Shown here: one piece after another, positions 12,301-32,579 of the stretch
Numbering within the stretch: position 1 is the stretch's first letter
Layout: every line of letters begins with the position of its first letter
Assembly: GCA_965644265.1 (NCBI GenBank)
Contig: OZ286459.1
Span: 62,868,001 to 62,932,000, forward strand
Length of the DNA: 64,000 bases
Direction of reading: 5' to 3'
DNA from: Glycera tridactyla
Lineage: Eukaryota
Notes under the pieces: generated by a model
Told to the model about the DNA's origin: nothing
The model's input: the letters and a program-made list of their open reading frames with translations, nothing else
Databases searched by the model: none
Program-made: the position numbers and the translations under genes

Positions 12301-13248
12301 TGATAAAACCGAAGTAATCCCATATCTTCTCCTGATCATTCCAGTGATGCCAAATCATTATTCCTCTAAACAGGCATACTTAACACGATTGGTACACGAG
12401 AGATGTGAACTGCCTCCCCCCAAACATGAAATCAGCTGTTATTTCGAAATGTTGCCAATGGGGAGGGGTCTGAATATCAGGCTGTTTGGGAGTTTTACGT
12501 CCTATGAGCATTATCCGGGCTACACTGACGCCCATACAATATGCACAGGTAAGGACCACTCAAGACTCATTGTGGGTCGTCAATGGAAGGTGAAAGTCAC
12601 ACACACTCAAGATGTGATTTCTGGTATTCTAATTATCAGTAAAGCATGGATATGGAACGTATTATGGGCACTATCACTTATTATGCTCAGTGTGTCTTAA
12701 GTACCAACCCTTGATTTGGCGCTAGCCAATTGCTACTAGCCAAGAGACAGGGACCTCATCCAGAGCTGACACGTGCTTGGTGAACGTATTACAAAGCTTA
12801 CCCAATGCTGACGTTCCACGACGTATTATGCCATTCACGTTGACACCATCGTTATCGACTAGTCGTCTCACTTCGTCAACGTCATCGTATTCGACGTTCT
12901 TAAAAAGGGCCTGTAGTGCCGCGTCGACGCTGTCACCTTCAGGTCTGAAGTACAAAATAATGGATGGATAATGGGTGGATAGAACGAAGTATGTACAGTC
13001 GAACCTGCTCTATAGAGGACACCTGCGTATGAAGGCCTATCTGAGCTGCGACTATGATAGCATGTTCAACAGTAAATAAACTCTCTGTAGAGGCCAAGTG
13101 CCCATACGGGCCACTTTATTTTTTTATGCGACCGGAGGTGGCCTTTATAGAGAGGTTAAATAGATGAATGGGTGAACATGGACATACAGGCACAAATATA
13201 CACTCACATGCATACAGACACACGCATGCATGCACAAACAAACAAACA

Positions 13249-13305
<57 letters not shown>

Positions 13306-13510
13306 GTGCGTGCGTCCATACACGTACCACTGGTGCTTTGCGGGTTCTCCACATGAGGGTTTTTGGAGGATGACTCACCACCACGCCTCTATCGGTGGCA
13401 TCGAGAACCACTGGAAGGTTTGTGAGCTTGCACGCATACACTCACCCACCACTCGCACAGGCGCGCTGAAGACTTCCGGAACTTGCTGTGGATAAACAGT
13501 GCACAAACAT
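8541..13510 (-). CDS. Ankyrin repeat and SOCS box protein (ASB family), 5 exons, about 450 aa
   Basis: Exons 13510-13446, 12944-12802, 11514-11332, 10559-10408 and 9350-8541 total 1353 nt, with all GT-AG introns and matching phases (2,1,1,0). About 9-10 ankyrin repeats (e.g. GTSALVKAVQLGHADMVEALIEMGADVN, HKTPLHNAIDSDALEMVDLLVDAGADLE). C-terminal SOCS box PRSLRQVCRLHIR...LPVPVSMQNFL. Confidence 0.85.
9464..9817. mobile_element. Non-autonomous DNA element with CCAG...CTGGG termini in ASB intron 4
   Basis: Imperfect TIR (ACCAGATACCAATC vs reverse-complement CCCAGGTGGCAATC) and many internal GACGT/ACGTC/CCGAC motifs in both orientations. Confidence 0.45.
10408..10559 (-). CDS. ASB exon 4 (shortest form)
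   Basis: Acceptor atgctag|GATACACG, donor CTC|gtatgt. Encodes (G)YTALLEATHRGWLGLVKRLITAGSDVMARSNGGDTGLHIAASTGNQAILL. Confidence 0.85.
10543..10875 (-). repeat. 57-bp tandem repeat containing the exon-4 3' splice site, six acceptors
   Basis: Minus-strand unit GATACACAGCATTACTGGTTCAAGAGCTTATCATTGTTCTTTCATCATTCATGCTAG. AG|GA junctions at 10559, 10616, 10673, 10730, 10787 and 10844. Confidence 0.95.
10950..11155. repeat. (CTC)n tract followed by (GTC/ATC)n low-complexity tract
   Basis: Direct reading, 10950-11011 and 11061-11155. Confidence 0.85.
11332..11514 (-). CDS. ASB exon 3
   Basis: cattcag|TGAAGGCC ... AATG|gtaagc; 183 nt, phase 1-1, ankyrin repeats. Confidence 0.9.
12802..12944 (-). 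CDS. ASB exon 2
   Basis: tacttcag|ACCTGAAG ... TTGG|gtaagc; encodes PEGDSVDAALQALFKNVEYDDVDEVRRLVDNDGVNVNGIIRRGTSAL. Confidence 0.8.
12996..13162 (+). mobile_element. MITE copy 2 (same family as 2753-2930)
   Basis: TA|CAGTCGAACCTG...; shares GAGCTGCGA, TTCAACAGTAAAT and GATGCGACCG...TTTATAGAGAGGTT with copy 1. Confidence 0.7.
13235..13303. repeat. (CA)n microsatellite
   Basis: Direct reading. Confidence 0.9.
13446..13510 (-). CDS. Candidate ASB first coding exon (MFVHCLSTASSGSLQRACASG)
   Basis: gagatATG, a 65-nt open frame and a strong donor GTGG|gtgagt in phase 2, as exon 2 requires. Two neighbouring donors would create TG|A stops. Confidence 0.55.
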
Positions 13511-14102
13511 ATCTCGGCTTTCGCCGGTCTCACTCGGGAGGGTATTGGGCAACTTGCCAAACTTCTACAATACATTCAGATGCTAACCCACGGCTTGCGA
13601 AAATATGGTAGACTGACACGACAAAGAAGACAAGTTGATAGATGGATTCATGAGAATTATAGATAAGAGATATCAGAATCCAGGCATCAATACTGAGAGT
13701 AGATCGTCACAGATAGCTGGGTATCATAGAGTACGAGGCTTAATAATGCCTCCGGTAAACACTGGTGAGAAAGCTGAAATCGCAGAAATTCTGACACCAA
13801 ATTGCGTATTACCGATCAGCTGGGGAAGCCGGCAGCTACAAGGTTGGAAAGATGCTCATGGAATCAGGAGTTTGCCTAAGCGATCACGGGTGTTGGCATT
13901 GAGGAGAATATAGCTGACTACTCACTGCATAGTTCAGGTGTGTGTTGTGTAGTACGGGCAGCAGTCGCTGTTGTTTACCGCCGAGGTAGGTGGAATGGAT
14001 GCTCGACACAGTCTAACCATTCTGCCGGACTAAGCCGACGGTCCGAGCAACACCGTACACCGTCCCCAGCACCGGCTACCGCGCTCGCCGGCGCTTCTCC
14101 GT

Positions 14103-14122
14103 CCATATAAGGCCATGCAAAT
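14103..14122. promoter_or_regulatory. CArG box plus octamer upstream of the ASB gene
   Basis: CCATATAAGG (CC(A/T)6GG) at 14103-14112 and ATGCAAAT at 14115-14122, next to a GC-rich patch about 600 bp upstream of the candidate ATG. Confidence 0.4.
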
Positions 14123-15489
14123 CTGTACTGGGTGACTCACACGTTCAGACCCGATGTATGTGCGTGCATGTGCGTACGTACGTGTGTCTGGTCGGTGTGA
14201 TTGCACCACTGAGCCATCTGTATTTTGTGTTTGTGCTACACAGAGACTGCTACGCTATCATTCGGTATAGCTAGGCCAATTTTCCCCCAAGCAGTTACCC
14301 GAACTTGCCATGATTCAGCAGAAATCAAAATCTTCGCATAGTTGAGGTAGATATTCTGCTACATCATCATGCAGCATTGTGGAACTTTCTAGATATATGA
14401 AAATAATTTATTTTCAGTTGCCTTCCATCTTCTCCAGTAGTCGTCAACCATATTTTGATCTTCACATGCGCTCTTTTGTGTAATCCCAAATTTCACACAT
14501 GATCATGCACTTTCCCATTCATTCAACTGACGCTGTGAGCGACATTCCCATATATGGTCATTGCTTTTATGGGCTATAAATAACCATGAATTTATACCAT
14601 GTGCCGAGACATCTACCGACTGCTCTGTTAACTATTGACTTTGTGGGTAATCACTAGTCGCCAGAGGATCTAAGATTGACTTTGGAAAGGGAGGCTATCC
14701 AGTGAACAATGAGTAATGCCACTGTTGTCTCGACAGAGATTCACCTATCTCGAGCTTATATCCAGAAAGAATGCAATGGGCAACCCTTTCCCAGTGCCTT
14801 CTTTATGACAGGCAAATATGCAGCCAGACAACTAACTCTTGGTGTGTACATACTTTGCTGTCTTTCTATTTGGATCGACCCCCAAAATATGGCTTACCGG
14901 ACATGGCCAGGCCATGGAGGCAGCCTTCTTAGACTCCAGCGAATGGACTGTTACATTACCCCCACATTGACTGAAAGCTGTTACGAAATGGCAGGTTGTT
15001 CAGACATTAGTTGGCACATGTTTGGAGACAGGGAAAGGTGTCAGTGATTGGATTTCATGAAACGTACACGAGGACACCTACCGGAGTTTTTGTTGAGTGC
15101 TTACCTCGAATCAGAGTGACGAAATTGACAAGGTCGGTGTCAATTCCAATGCAGGGAGCTGTTAGAGGTGAGGAAATCAACGAGGATAATGTATTTTTCG
15201 AGGCAGGGGAATGTCCTAGGTTAGAGGTGACGAAATAAACTATGTTGGTGTCAATTTCAAAGCAGGGGGCTGGTTACCACAAGTTAGGTGCGAGGAGACC
15301 AACAAGGTTTGTGTCAATTACAAACAGCATTCCCACCCTCACAGATCTCATTACCAAACCAAGACTATATGACCGTGAAGTAGAAATGCAATACCAAACT
15401 CGGTGTGAATTTTTCCAGACATCCGGTGAAATGCACACCTTGTTTGGTATTGCGTTATTACTTCACGGCTTTATAGTCTTGCTATAGTA

Positions 15490-15622
15490 CCCCATCGGTC
15501 GCTTCGTTGGCCTGTGTAGAGAGACCATTCACTGTAAGAATACTCTCGCGGTCACAGCTCAAGGTGGCTTTCGTAAGCAGACGACCTCTTTTTAGAGGTG
15601 GTCTCTCGAGCAGGTTCGACTG
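15490..15622 (-). mobile_element. MITE copy 3 (partial)
   Basis: Ends ...GCAGGTTCGACTG|TA, the reverse complement of the family TIR. Confidence 0.6.
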
Positions 15623-15993
15623 TATAGCAATCATTCCCAATGGATTCGTCATAACTCTGGAGGAGGCATTATCACGGAATCTCACAAAACCACAGACCAT
15701 CCATTGTGAGGAGGCTATACCCTTATAGGCTTGCAAATAGACCGTGCATGACATAGTAATAACGGGATTAGTATTTCCTGGATGTGGAACTATCGGGGAG
15801 ATAATGAAAGTGGGTCTCAAGTCGATATATCCGGATCGGTTTGATCTGGTGAACCAATCGTTTCAGAGACGGACATGTGAGAAAAATGTGTCGAAAACCT
15901 CGGATCTCTTTCAGAACCATGCCATTAAACTACATTTAGGTTTACTGGTATGGGGACAGACAATATCCGAAATCTCGTGGATTTATTTGCTCT

Positions 15994-15999
15994 TTTATT
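15994..15999 (-). terminator. Putative polyadenylation signal of amylase 1
   Basis: AATAAA on the minus strand, 16 nt after the stop codon. Confidence 0.45.
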
Positions 16000-16014
16000 T
16001 CAGATCTCCAACCC

Positions 16015-19527
<3,513 letters not shown>

Positions 19528-19559
19528 TCAGGCTCTGACACCACCAGCTTCCCACCGCC

Positions 19560-19567
19560 TTTATATA
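19560..19567 (-). promoter_or_regulatory. TATA box of amylase 1
   Basis: TATATAAA about 48 nt upstream of the ATG; an AGATAA (GATA) motif at ~19631. Confidence 0.6.
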
Positions 19568-20025
19568 CACACAGCTTCCCTCCCCTCCTTTCTCGTAATA
19601 TGTGAGTATTCCCACAACCTCCTCTCTGATTAGATAACTCTGTCTGTATGCAAGGATGATCCCTAATGATAATGAGGTACACGCGTATGACAGCGTGATC
19701 TGATCAGGGGGCCTAATATTCTTATATTCGCTGAATGGTCGGAACATAGAAAGACATATGCAACTTTGAGAAATTCAAGTCCTTCACAATCTGTACCACT
19801 AGCGACCATAACGCAGGTGAACGGAAAACCGGAGTAGATGATTTCCGTGGTGATTTGATATTCTTCGCCTATGCAGACCACAGTATCTGAACGAACTCCG
19901 CGTTCATGTGTCCATCCATTATCCAAATATTGGTATACCTGGATTTGTAAAGCTTATTCGCTCTGAATGTGTGTGAGAGATATACTGATATGGATATATT
20001 CGGCACATTCGACCAGTAGTTAGAC

Positions 20026-20247
20026 ACCACCACCACCACCACCACCGCCACTAACCAAACAACAACATCAACAACAACAACAACAAACAACAATAGCAAC
20101 TACTACGACGACAACAACAGCAACGATAACACCACCACGTCCACCACTATTATTTCCATCACTCTTGCTACTACGACTACCACCACCACCACCACCACCA
20201 CCACCACCACCACCACCACCACCACCCCCACCCCCACCACCACTACC
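20026..20247. repeat. (CCA)n/(CAA)n low-complexity tract
   Basis: Direct reading. Confidence 0.85.
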
Positions 20248-20848
20248 GCCCATACGTATACGTGTGCACAGATCCATGTTTGTATGTGTATGTATACATG
20301 GACATGGATGTATGGAGGTATGTGTACACATCCTCTGATCATCTCGTTTTTGGTGCTGATTACCGAACAGCACGGCTCTTTTAAAATTGTGTTATTGCTC
20401 ATACAAAATAGTCCCAGCACATTTGCATGGATATGTATATATGCATGCAAGATAATCAAGTGCAATATGATTCATGTGTAGAAATGCGGGTGTTTCAGTT
20501 TGAGAAAGCCGATTGTGCAAATTCTCTTATATGGGCATAAGTCATGCCACTACAACCCCAGGTATTGCATTTATCAATTTCTCAGATTCACCAAAAAAAT
20601 TGTCAGATTGCCATGGTAACATTATTTCATATGGTGTTGTCTATCAGAAAAATGCCGAAATATCCCCAAGGGGGTGGGGCAAAACCATATCTGCCCCAAG
20701 GTCTACACCATCTTCCAACCGTCACCTACTACAATATCGCTTGCTACCAATCAATCAGTTACATCTTACAATTTCCACTACCATCCTGTACTAACTGTGT
20801 ATCATTTTCATTACTTGACACCGTTGTCTCCCCACTTCTTGTTACCGA

Positions 20849-21064
20849 TAGGCTTATTCGACTGGTCGGGTTCATTGAGTACGGCCGGTCCGTTGACTAC
20901 GTTTCATATTCGGGCGGTCGCTCAACATTTGTTGTTGTGTACGATCTCAACGATCGTTTCATTGCATTGAACCCGTTAAACGAAACCTATTCGGTTGGGC
21001 TACGGCCATTGAGTACATTTCTCTCAACGCATATTCAACGTAACCGACCACTCGAATAGGCCTA
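20849..21064. mobile_element. 216-bp MITE-like element with 21-bp TIRs
   Basis: TAGGCTTATTCGACTGGTCGG (20849-20869) against the reverse complement of 21044-21064, TAGGCCTATTCGAGTGGTCGG: 2 mismatches, TA at both ends. Confidence 0.7.
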
Positions 21065-21299
21065 ATATAATGTGTCGCCACCATTCCCGTGTTACCCAGG
21101 CTCTTATCACAGAGGACCGGATTGGCCAGGGTTTAATGCATCGGACCAGGGTCATCTTTGTCCTGGGTAGACCTGGTTGACCAGGGCCGTTATAGCACCG
21201 TCCCGGGTCGATCATGATGAACTGCGCCTGTCCTGGTCGACCCTAATCCTGACCATGTTCGAGATTACACGCCATGATGAGCAGCTGATGACCGCATTC

Positions 21300-21700
21300 A
21301 ATCAGCTGGGAATCCACCAGATGCCACTCCACACATACGTTATACAAGCAAGCCAACAGCCGCACCCTCCTCTTCTCCTCAAGTGTTTATCTGAGCTGAT
21401 TCACGCGGGCCCTCTCAGTTCAGGTCATGAACGTATCACCGATCCCAGCTTCCAGCCAGTTACATACTTGGATTTGCCATCCAAAAGTTTATCAACATAT
21501 GTGATGTACGCAGAGTTGTGTCTGAATTGTCCACCACTTCCACTCGACAAAGTTTTCAGTTCATCATGGTCTTGTGTTGAGACAGCGGTGTTGCTACACG
21601 AGTGGTCTTTCTGGACCTGAAAAAGGCCATTGATGATGTTGATCATGCAACATTATTATAGAGGTCAGAGAGATATGGTCTGACCAAAAGAGCGTCATGA
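21300..21700 (+). mobile_element. Degenerate CR1/L2-type LINE reverse-transcriptase fragment
   Basis: VVFLDLKKAIDDVDHATLL (~21600-21660) matches the non-LTR RT motif FLDLxKAFDxVDH. Confidence 0.6.
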
Positions 21701-24194
21701 TTTCAAACTTATTTTGACAACCGCACTCAGTTGACCCGTATCAAGAACATATTTTAGGACCATTGATGTTTGTTGTTTTCATAGATGATCCACCAAACTT
21801 GTGGGGTGAAAATGTCTACAGTTTCTTATAGCCTGACCTAACCCAATTATTTCGATCATGCGGTTTTTGAAGAATTTTCTCATGTCACGAATCCATTCAT
21901 CTCACAATTACTGAAATTTGACCATTGTCATTCTCCTTTCGATCATTCGAAATGATCTTGGGATATTTGTATCTGGTCAGATATGTATAGATTATTGTAA
22001 TTATGTGGGAAGTTGAATACTTGGTCTATTAAAGCGATCTGAGCCACTCTCGGCGCCGATGACCGAACAACAGAGCTCTTTCAAATAGTTATTTGTTTGA
22101 GCATTTTGTCCGAGTTCAGCCAAGTACCACCGTTAGAGCCCGGGTGTTCTGATCTCCCAAATGTTGCTATTGGATATTCATGGGTAGCGGTTCTTTTCTT
22201 GGCAAGTTGCCACCCTCTGCCTGTGATTGAATCCTTGTGCCTGCATGTGCATTTATGCCGAGAAGAGGTATCAATGTAGCCAGATTGTAGTCACCTGTTT
22301 AAGCGCCACTTCTAATCTGGGACCATGGTTTTCAAATCCCAGATATGCACCCACACCATCATCTAGCCCTGGTGTTGTGTCGCCCATGCCTGTTTCCATG
22401 TTTTGAGCCGAACGCAGGGGAGGGGGGGGGGGCAGACCACTCATGTTGTCTATGAGATGGTGTATGGTTCAGCATACTGTAGGCTTCCTCCCACCCATGT
22501 TGCAGTCACCCATCCTATGACTATCTGCAGCAGCCCTTATAGGACGATTGTGAAGATGCTACCACTACACGCCGTGTTACCCTAAATATTAATGTCATCA
22601 CCCATTAGAATTAGACACTTTGTAAATTCATGTGCTTTTGATAGGAAAACTCTTGTCATTGAGGTTGACATGTAATATGACGCAAAATCCCAGGCATGCT
22701 TGTTCAAAATATTGCCGGTGCAATATCCTCAAGTGATGACAATGGCCAACAATTTAATCTTATCGCAGTGGAGGCTAGAAAAAACAGGTGGGTCTCAGCA
22801 TGGCCTGATATGGCATATTTACATGATGCTCACTTGTTAACATGTGAAATCTGGCTTGGACGACTGCCGTGGATCAGGCGAGAACTGATTTAGTTCATGT
22901 TGATGGGAGATAAGAGATGGTCTAGATAAGCTGTATCAGTTAAGCGTGGCGCCCCTACACATGTCAGCATGTATACTTACGTATACACTTGTAAATGCAT
23001 GACACTTTTCCCAAAAGGAGTGTCCGTCGGATGGTGTTGTAATCCTTGTGTCGACTACCCATGCGCAATGGGCAAGTAAGGTGCGGGTCTGATCAGGAAT
23101 GAGTTTATATGTCATTCTCCGGCTTCCTCCTGAACTTGCCTACTCCCTTTTATCATCTGTCTCGCAATGTTGAACATTAATCACTAGGTGGCACAAAAGC
23201 ATTTGATATGAATGCTGCACGCTCTGATATTATTCCTACTCGTGGCGGTTTCCAATTCTGTTTCCAAGTATCAGGACAGAAGGAATTAGCCCCAAATCCT
23301 CTGCCGGATATGAATGTGAGTCAGAGACTTGAATCAGACGCTGAGTAACCGAGTCTCGGATACTTATGATTGTGTCCTTTTGTCACAAAAGAGTATTGGA
23401 TAGGGCTTGAGCTCTTCTCACGTATTCACAACTTGCAAATACAGTACATCCTGAGCATTCAATTTTTTATTTACATCTCAGACACTATCCTATGTCTTAA
23501 GATCAGATATATTCTGCGCATCCGATTTGTTTACTGTCACCTTCTGTCAGTTGTGTTGTGCAAGTGATCTCTCCAGATTGCCAGGCTTTGAAATCAGAAA
23601 GGCATCAAATCATTCTGCATTTTGTATAGAGTCACAAAAATATTTGAGAGAATGTATCGTACGAAATTCGAACAGATTCAGATGATCAAACAGAACTTAT
23701 ATCTTTTGGTTGACTGAACAAGAGAGATCTTTACGATACTTTGCCCACACACTTGAACCTTGGTCGACAGAGGGTTAGGTAACTGGTATTATTCGCTCTG
23801 CCAAAATTGCCGTATTACCTTCATTGAGTATATGGTATGTCTCACATTGCTTGTGGACAGATGGACGTTCCCACTCTTACAAGAATCGGAAATCTACCCA
23901 TATCAGATCAAAAGTGAAGGGAGTGAGTGGATTAATGTAAATATTGGAAGGGAGATCATCTTCGATACACTTCAGAATTTCCCCCTATCACCCTACTACT
24001 ACGAGTTCGTACCTTGTCCCATGATGCTGACTTGGTGATCTATCTACTCCAGGCATTTTATACTCTAAATGCAAGATTAAATACAAATGGTGGGCGTCAG
24101 CGAATATGATGGCATTGTGTGCAGATTTGTGTTGCATCAAAAAGAAGGCACAGAAGCAGTGATAGATGTTTAATCGAGTCAATATGATGCTCAT

Positions 24195-28971
<4,777 letters not shown>

Positions 28972-29008
28972 GCTGAGACTGATTACAGAACATGTGACAG
29001 TTTCGCGC

Positions 29009-29015
29009 TTTTATA
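29009..29015 (-). promoter_or_regulatory. TATA box of amylase 2
   Basis: TATAAAA about 38 nt upstream of the ATG; a TGATAA (GATA) motif at ~29049. Confidence 0.55.
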
Positions 29016-29156
29016 TTGTCAGGAATTTCTATGTGACCTTATTCGTACTGATAACCCACACCTTCCAAACACGATCTCACTGCCTGGCGTACACTGTTTA
29101 CTTGACAAAGTTAAACTTTCCGGGTTTTTTGTACCCACATGCCAATCGGGCTACGT

Positions 29157-29875
29157 NNNNNNNNNNNNNNNNNNNNNNNNNNNNNNNNNNNNNNNNNNNN
29201 NNNNNNNNNNNNNNNNNNNNNNNNNNNNNNNNNNNNNNNNNNNNNNNNNNNNNNNNNNNNNNNNNNNNNNNNNNNNNNNNNNNNNNNNNNNNNNNNNNNN
29301 NNNNNNNNNNNNNNNNNNNNNNNNNNNNNNNNNNNNNNNNNNNNNNNNNNNNNNNNNNNNNNNNNNNNNNNNNNNNNNNNNNNNNNNNNNNNNNNNNNNN
29401 NNNNNNNNNNNNNNNNNNNNNNNNNNNNNNNNNNNNNNNNNNNNNNNNNNNNNNNNNNNNNNNNNNNNNNNNNNNNNNNNNNNNNNNNNNNNNNNNNNNN
29501 NNNNNNNNNNNNNNNNGCAGCACCAGCGTCTTCCTGTCTTTCTCCAACCAATAGTTTATCTATATTCGACCACTGGTTACTCGCCGCCAGTCAGTTTATC
29601 CCCTTCAACCAATGGTTTTCCGCCTCTTCCCACACGCCATTCTCCTCCATCTCCCCATTCCTCTTCCTCTTCNNNNNNNNNNNNNNNNNNNNNNNNNNNN
29701 NNNNNNNNNNNNNNNNNNNNNNNNNNNNNNNNNNNNNNNNNNNNNNNNNNNNNNNNNNNNNNNNNNNNNNNNNNNNNNNNNNNNNNNNNNNNNNNNNNNN
29801 NNNNNNNNNNNNNNNNNNNNNNNNNNNNNNNNNNNNNNNNNNNNNNNNNNNNNNNNNNNNNNNNNNNNNNNNNNN
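29157..29875. other. Two N-runs (29157-29516, 29673-29875)
   Basis: Direct reading. Confidence 0.95.
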
Positions 29876-30720
29876 AGGGACACATTTTGGGTGAATTGTG
29901 CAAAATGTGACAAAGTGTGAAAATTTGACCGAGAGTCCTCTAAGGTATGGAGAATCGTATGAGGAGGTACCCATCGCTATCAGTACTGTAACCGGTTCAA
30001 GATCGCCATCCTTTTCTCTCACCATTTGACTTCTCTTTAACATAGATTCAGGATCTTTGTGTCTAAATAGACATTTATGAGGTCAAGGAATCTAAATCTG
30101 CCGTCATAGAGGGTATTAGATGGATAGTTCCATTATTTTATAGGTCAAAATGCATAGATTCAACAATTTGGTGCAAAATATACATTTTAAAGGTCGAAGA
30201 ATACAAATCTGCCATTTTAAAGGGAATCAGATGAATAGTTCTGTTATTTTTTGGGTCACCATATAAAAAAAGCAATTTGTCTATAAATACATGTAGGTAA
30301 ATGTATGCTAGATATCAACTTCAGCATCAAAGAGTGCATGTCAACTGGGATATCAAAAGCCAGCCATATGTATGGGAGTCTATGCATATGATAGAACAAC
30401 TACTGTCCTTTGTAAAGAGTAGAGGATTGTTCCAACAGGAGTGCCTACTTTTTTTATTTGGACCCCTTAGGGCAGGAGGTGGTAGATGATGAGATGGTCT
30501 CACTCTCTGTGACCAGACTTACCCAGCCTGGTATATTGCTCTTTTCACATGCTTGGTGAGGGCAGCTTGGGTCGGTAGGATGTTCTCTATGACATGTGAT
30601 CATCGTTTAAACAGCAGCTTTTGTCTCCTCCATGTGACTCAGGCCAGAACCACTGAATCAGCTTTGTAATTGAGTAAAGTGGCTGGTCAACTGCAACAAA
30701 TGGTTTGGATCTGGTCTGGG

Positions 30721-30910
30721 AGGTGTTTGATGTCATGTTTCAGGTGTTTGATGGCATGTTTCAGGTGTTTGATGGCATGTTTCAGGTGTTTGATGGCATG
30801 TTTCAGGTGTTTGATGTCATGTTTCAGGTGTTTGATGGCATGTATCAGGTGTTTGATGGCATGTATCAGGTGTTTGATGTCATGTTTCAGGTGTTTGATG
30901 GCATGTTTCA
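30721..30910. repeat. 21-bp minisatellite, 9 copies
   Basis: Unit GTGTTTGATGGCATGTTTCAG with G/T and T/A variants. Confidence 0.92.
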
Positions 30911-31439
30911 CAATATTCTCCACATACATGATCTTTCATGGGATGAATGTGGTGAAATTTGCCACCAAACAATTCATCCAGACCAGATCTCACAATGCAG
31001 ATGTAGTGGGCATGGCCTGAGTCATGGAAGCAGGGCAATCAATTTAGGCATTTGACTAGGTTGGATCCGCTGACTGGCATGAAATGCCGCCTATTAAACA
31101 TGCTAGTCTTTTCCAAGTTCACCTCTTTGTGATACAACCACTGGACTTCATTAGCACAATACTAACTACCTTCCTCTACGTCAGGAGGTATGGCTGAATA
31201 GCAAACAGGAAGTTGCATGATTTGCCAGTCAGATACATGGTATGGATTTATCATGTTCCGGTCTTTATCAGTTTTGGGTTAGTCTTGAGTAGGGAGCTGG
31301 GTAAGTGAGATTTCTGTTCCATGGAAAAAGTCCTGATTGTGATCGTAATTCCGTATCAGTCATCTTGCAAATGAAGAGGAACAATTTTTTCCATTGCAAG
31401 CCACTAGGTGTCACTCTGACCAACTGAAAAAGTCCTGAA

Positions 31440-32160
31440 CTTGGGACATGATCAATGTTATTTATGGCAGCTTATTATATGCTGACGACACTGTTATTTG
31501 TCTTCATGCGAGAACTATCTAAGAGGCAATCCGTAAGTTGCAGTCTTGCGTTGAGAATGTAGCTAAATGGCTACTGGCAAATAAATTAACACTCAATGTA
31601 CTGATATTGTGTACTCCACAGCATCCGGAGCGTCACCAGCAAATTTCGTGAAAGCTAATGGGAGAAGATATCGAAGAATAATCAAATTACAAACATGCTG
31701 GTATCTGGCTAGATATCATCTCTGTCTCTCAGACCATGTATCAAAGCTGATAGGCAAACTAAACAAAAGAATTGGGGTCATTAAAATGGGAACAAAATAT
31801 CTTGATACACCTCATTGCATTTTGCTCTACAAAAGTCTCGGTTTGCCTACTCTAGATAATGGGGATATCATCTATAAACATGATCCCAGGAAAATACATA
31901 TCATACAGGATAGATTCTGCAGTGTCATACTTGAAGCGCATCCGAGAACATCAATCATGCAACTATTAAACACCGCCAAATTGATGAGCCTGGACAAGAG
32001 AAGAGAATTTCACCTTGTTTCCTTCATCTCTAGGGTGATGCTTGGGTCCCAAAATCTGGAACGAATTACCAAACCAACCCAGGGAAATACAATCAGTTGC
32101 TCAGTTTAAAAGTGCCTATTTGCTATACTTTGGATTCACCTAACTGGAATATATGATAAT
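31440..32160 (+). mobile_element. Degenerate CR1/L2-type LINE ORF2 fragment
   Basis: LYADDTVI...VAKWLLANKLTLNV, then HVSKLIGKLNKRIGVIK...LLYKSLGLPTLDNG; interrupted by stops and shifts. Confidence 0.75.
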
Positions 32161-32579
32161 ATTGTGCCAGATGAAAACTATGGTGATTGAACACAATGGC
32201 AACACAATGCTAGATTTGTGTATTTATCGTATATACAGAGTCTGAAATCGAAAAACGAATTGTGTATATGGTTGTATTTGGGTATCTACCAGTGAATAAA
32301 TCTACCAATGAATACAGTCCTACTAACTTGTCACTATTCTAGTTAGCCTGTGCGAGTCATATTTTGTACAAGAGTAAATATTATGTTAACCAAGATGTAC
32401 ACAGGTATGAAGTGCTAATTCTTATGCGACACCTAACGAAAAGACGAGTGTCTATTGACACGCAGCTACACAAGATCACACATGTGTGAGTGTCTAATCT
32501 TTCCTTGCTCCAATAAAAAAATGCTTATTACTATTATTATTATTATCATTATTATCATTATTATTATTATCATGATTAT

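Noticed and set aside
12179-12700. 173-aa plus-strand ORF inside ASB intron 2
   Set aside because: GTG start, no recognisable domain and no splice context. A rough stop-frequency estimate says one such ORF could occur by chance in a six-frame 64-kb scan.
13116-13441. ORFs with CVCV/HTHT, poly-V/T or poly-X translations across the window
   Set aside because: Translations of microsatellites or N-runs.
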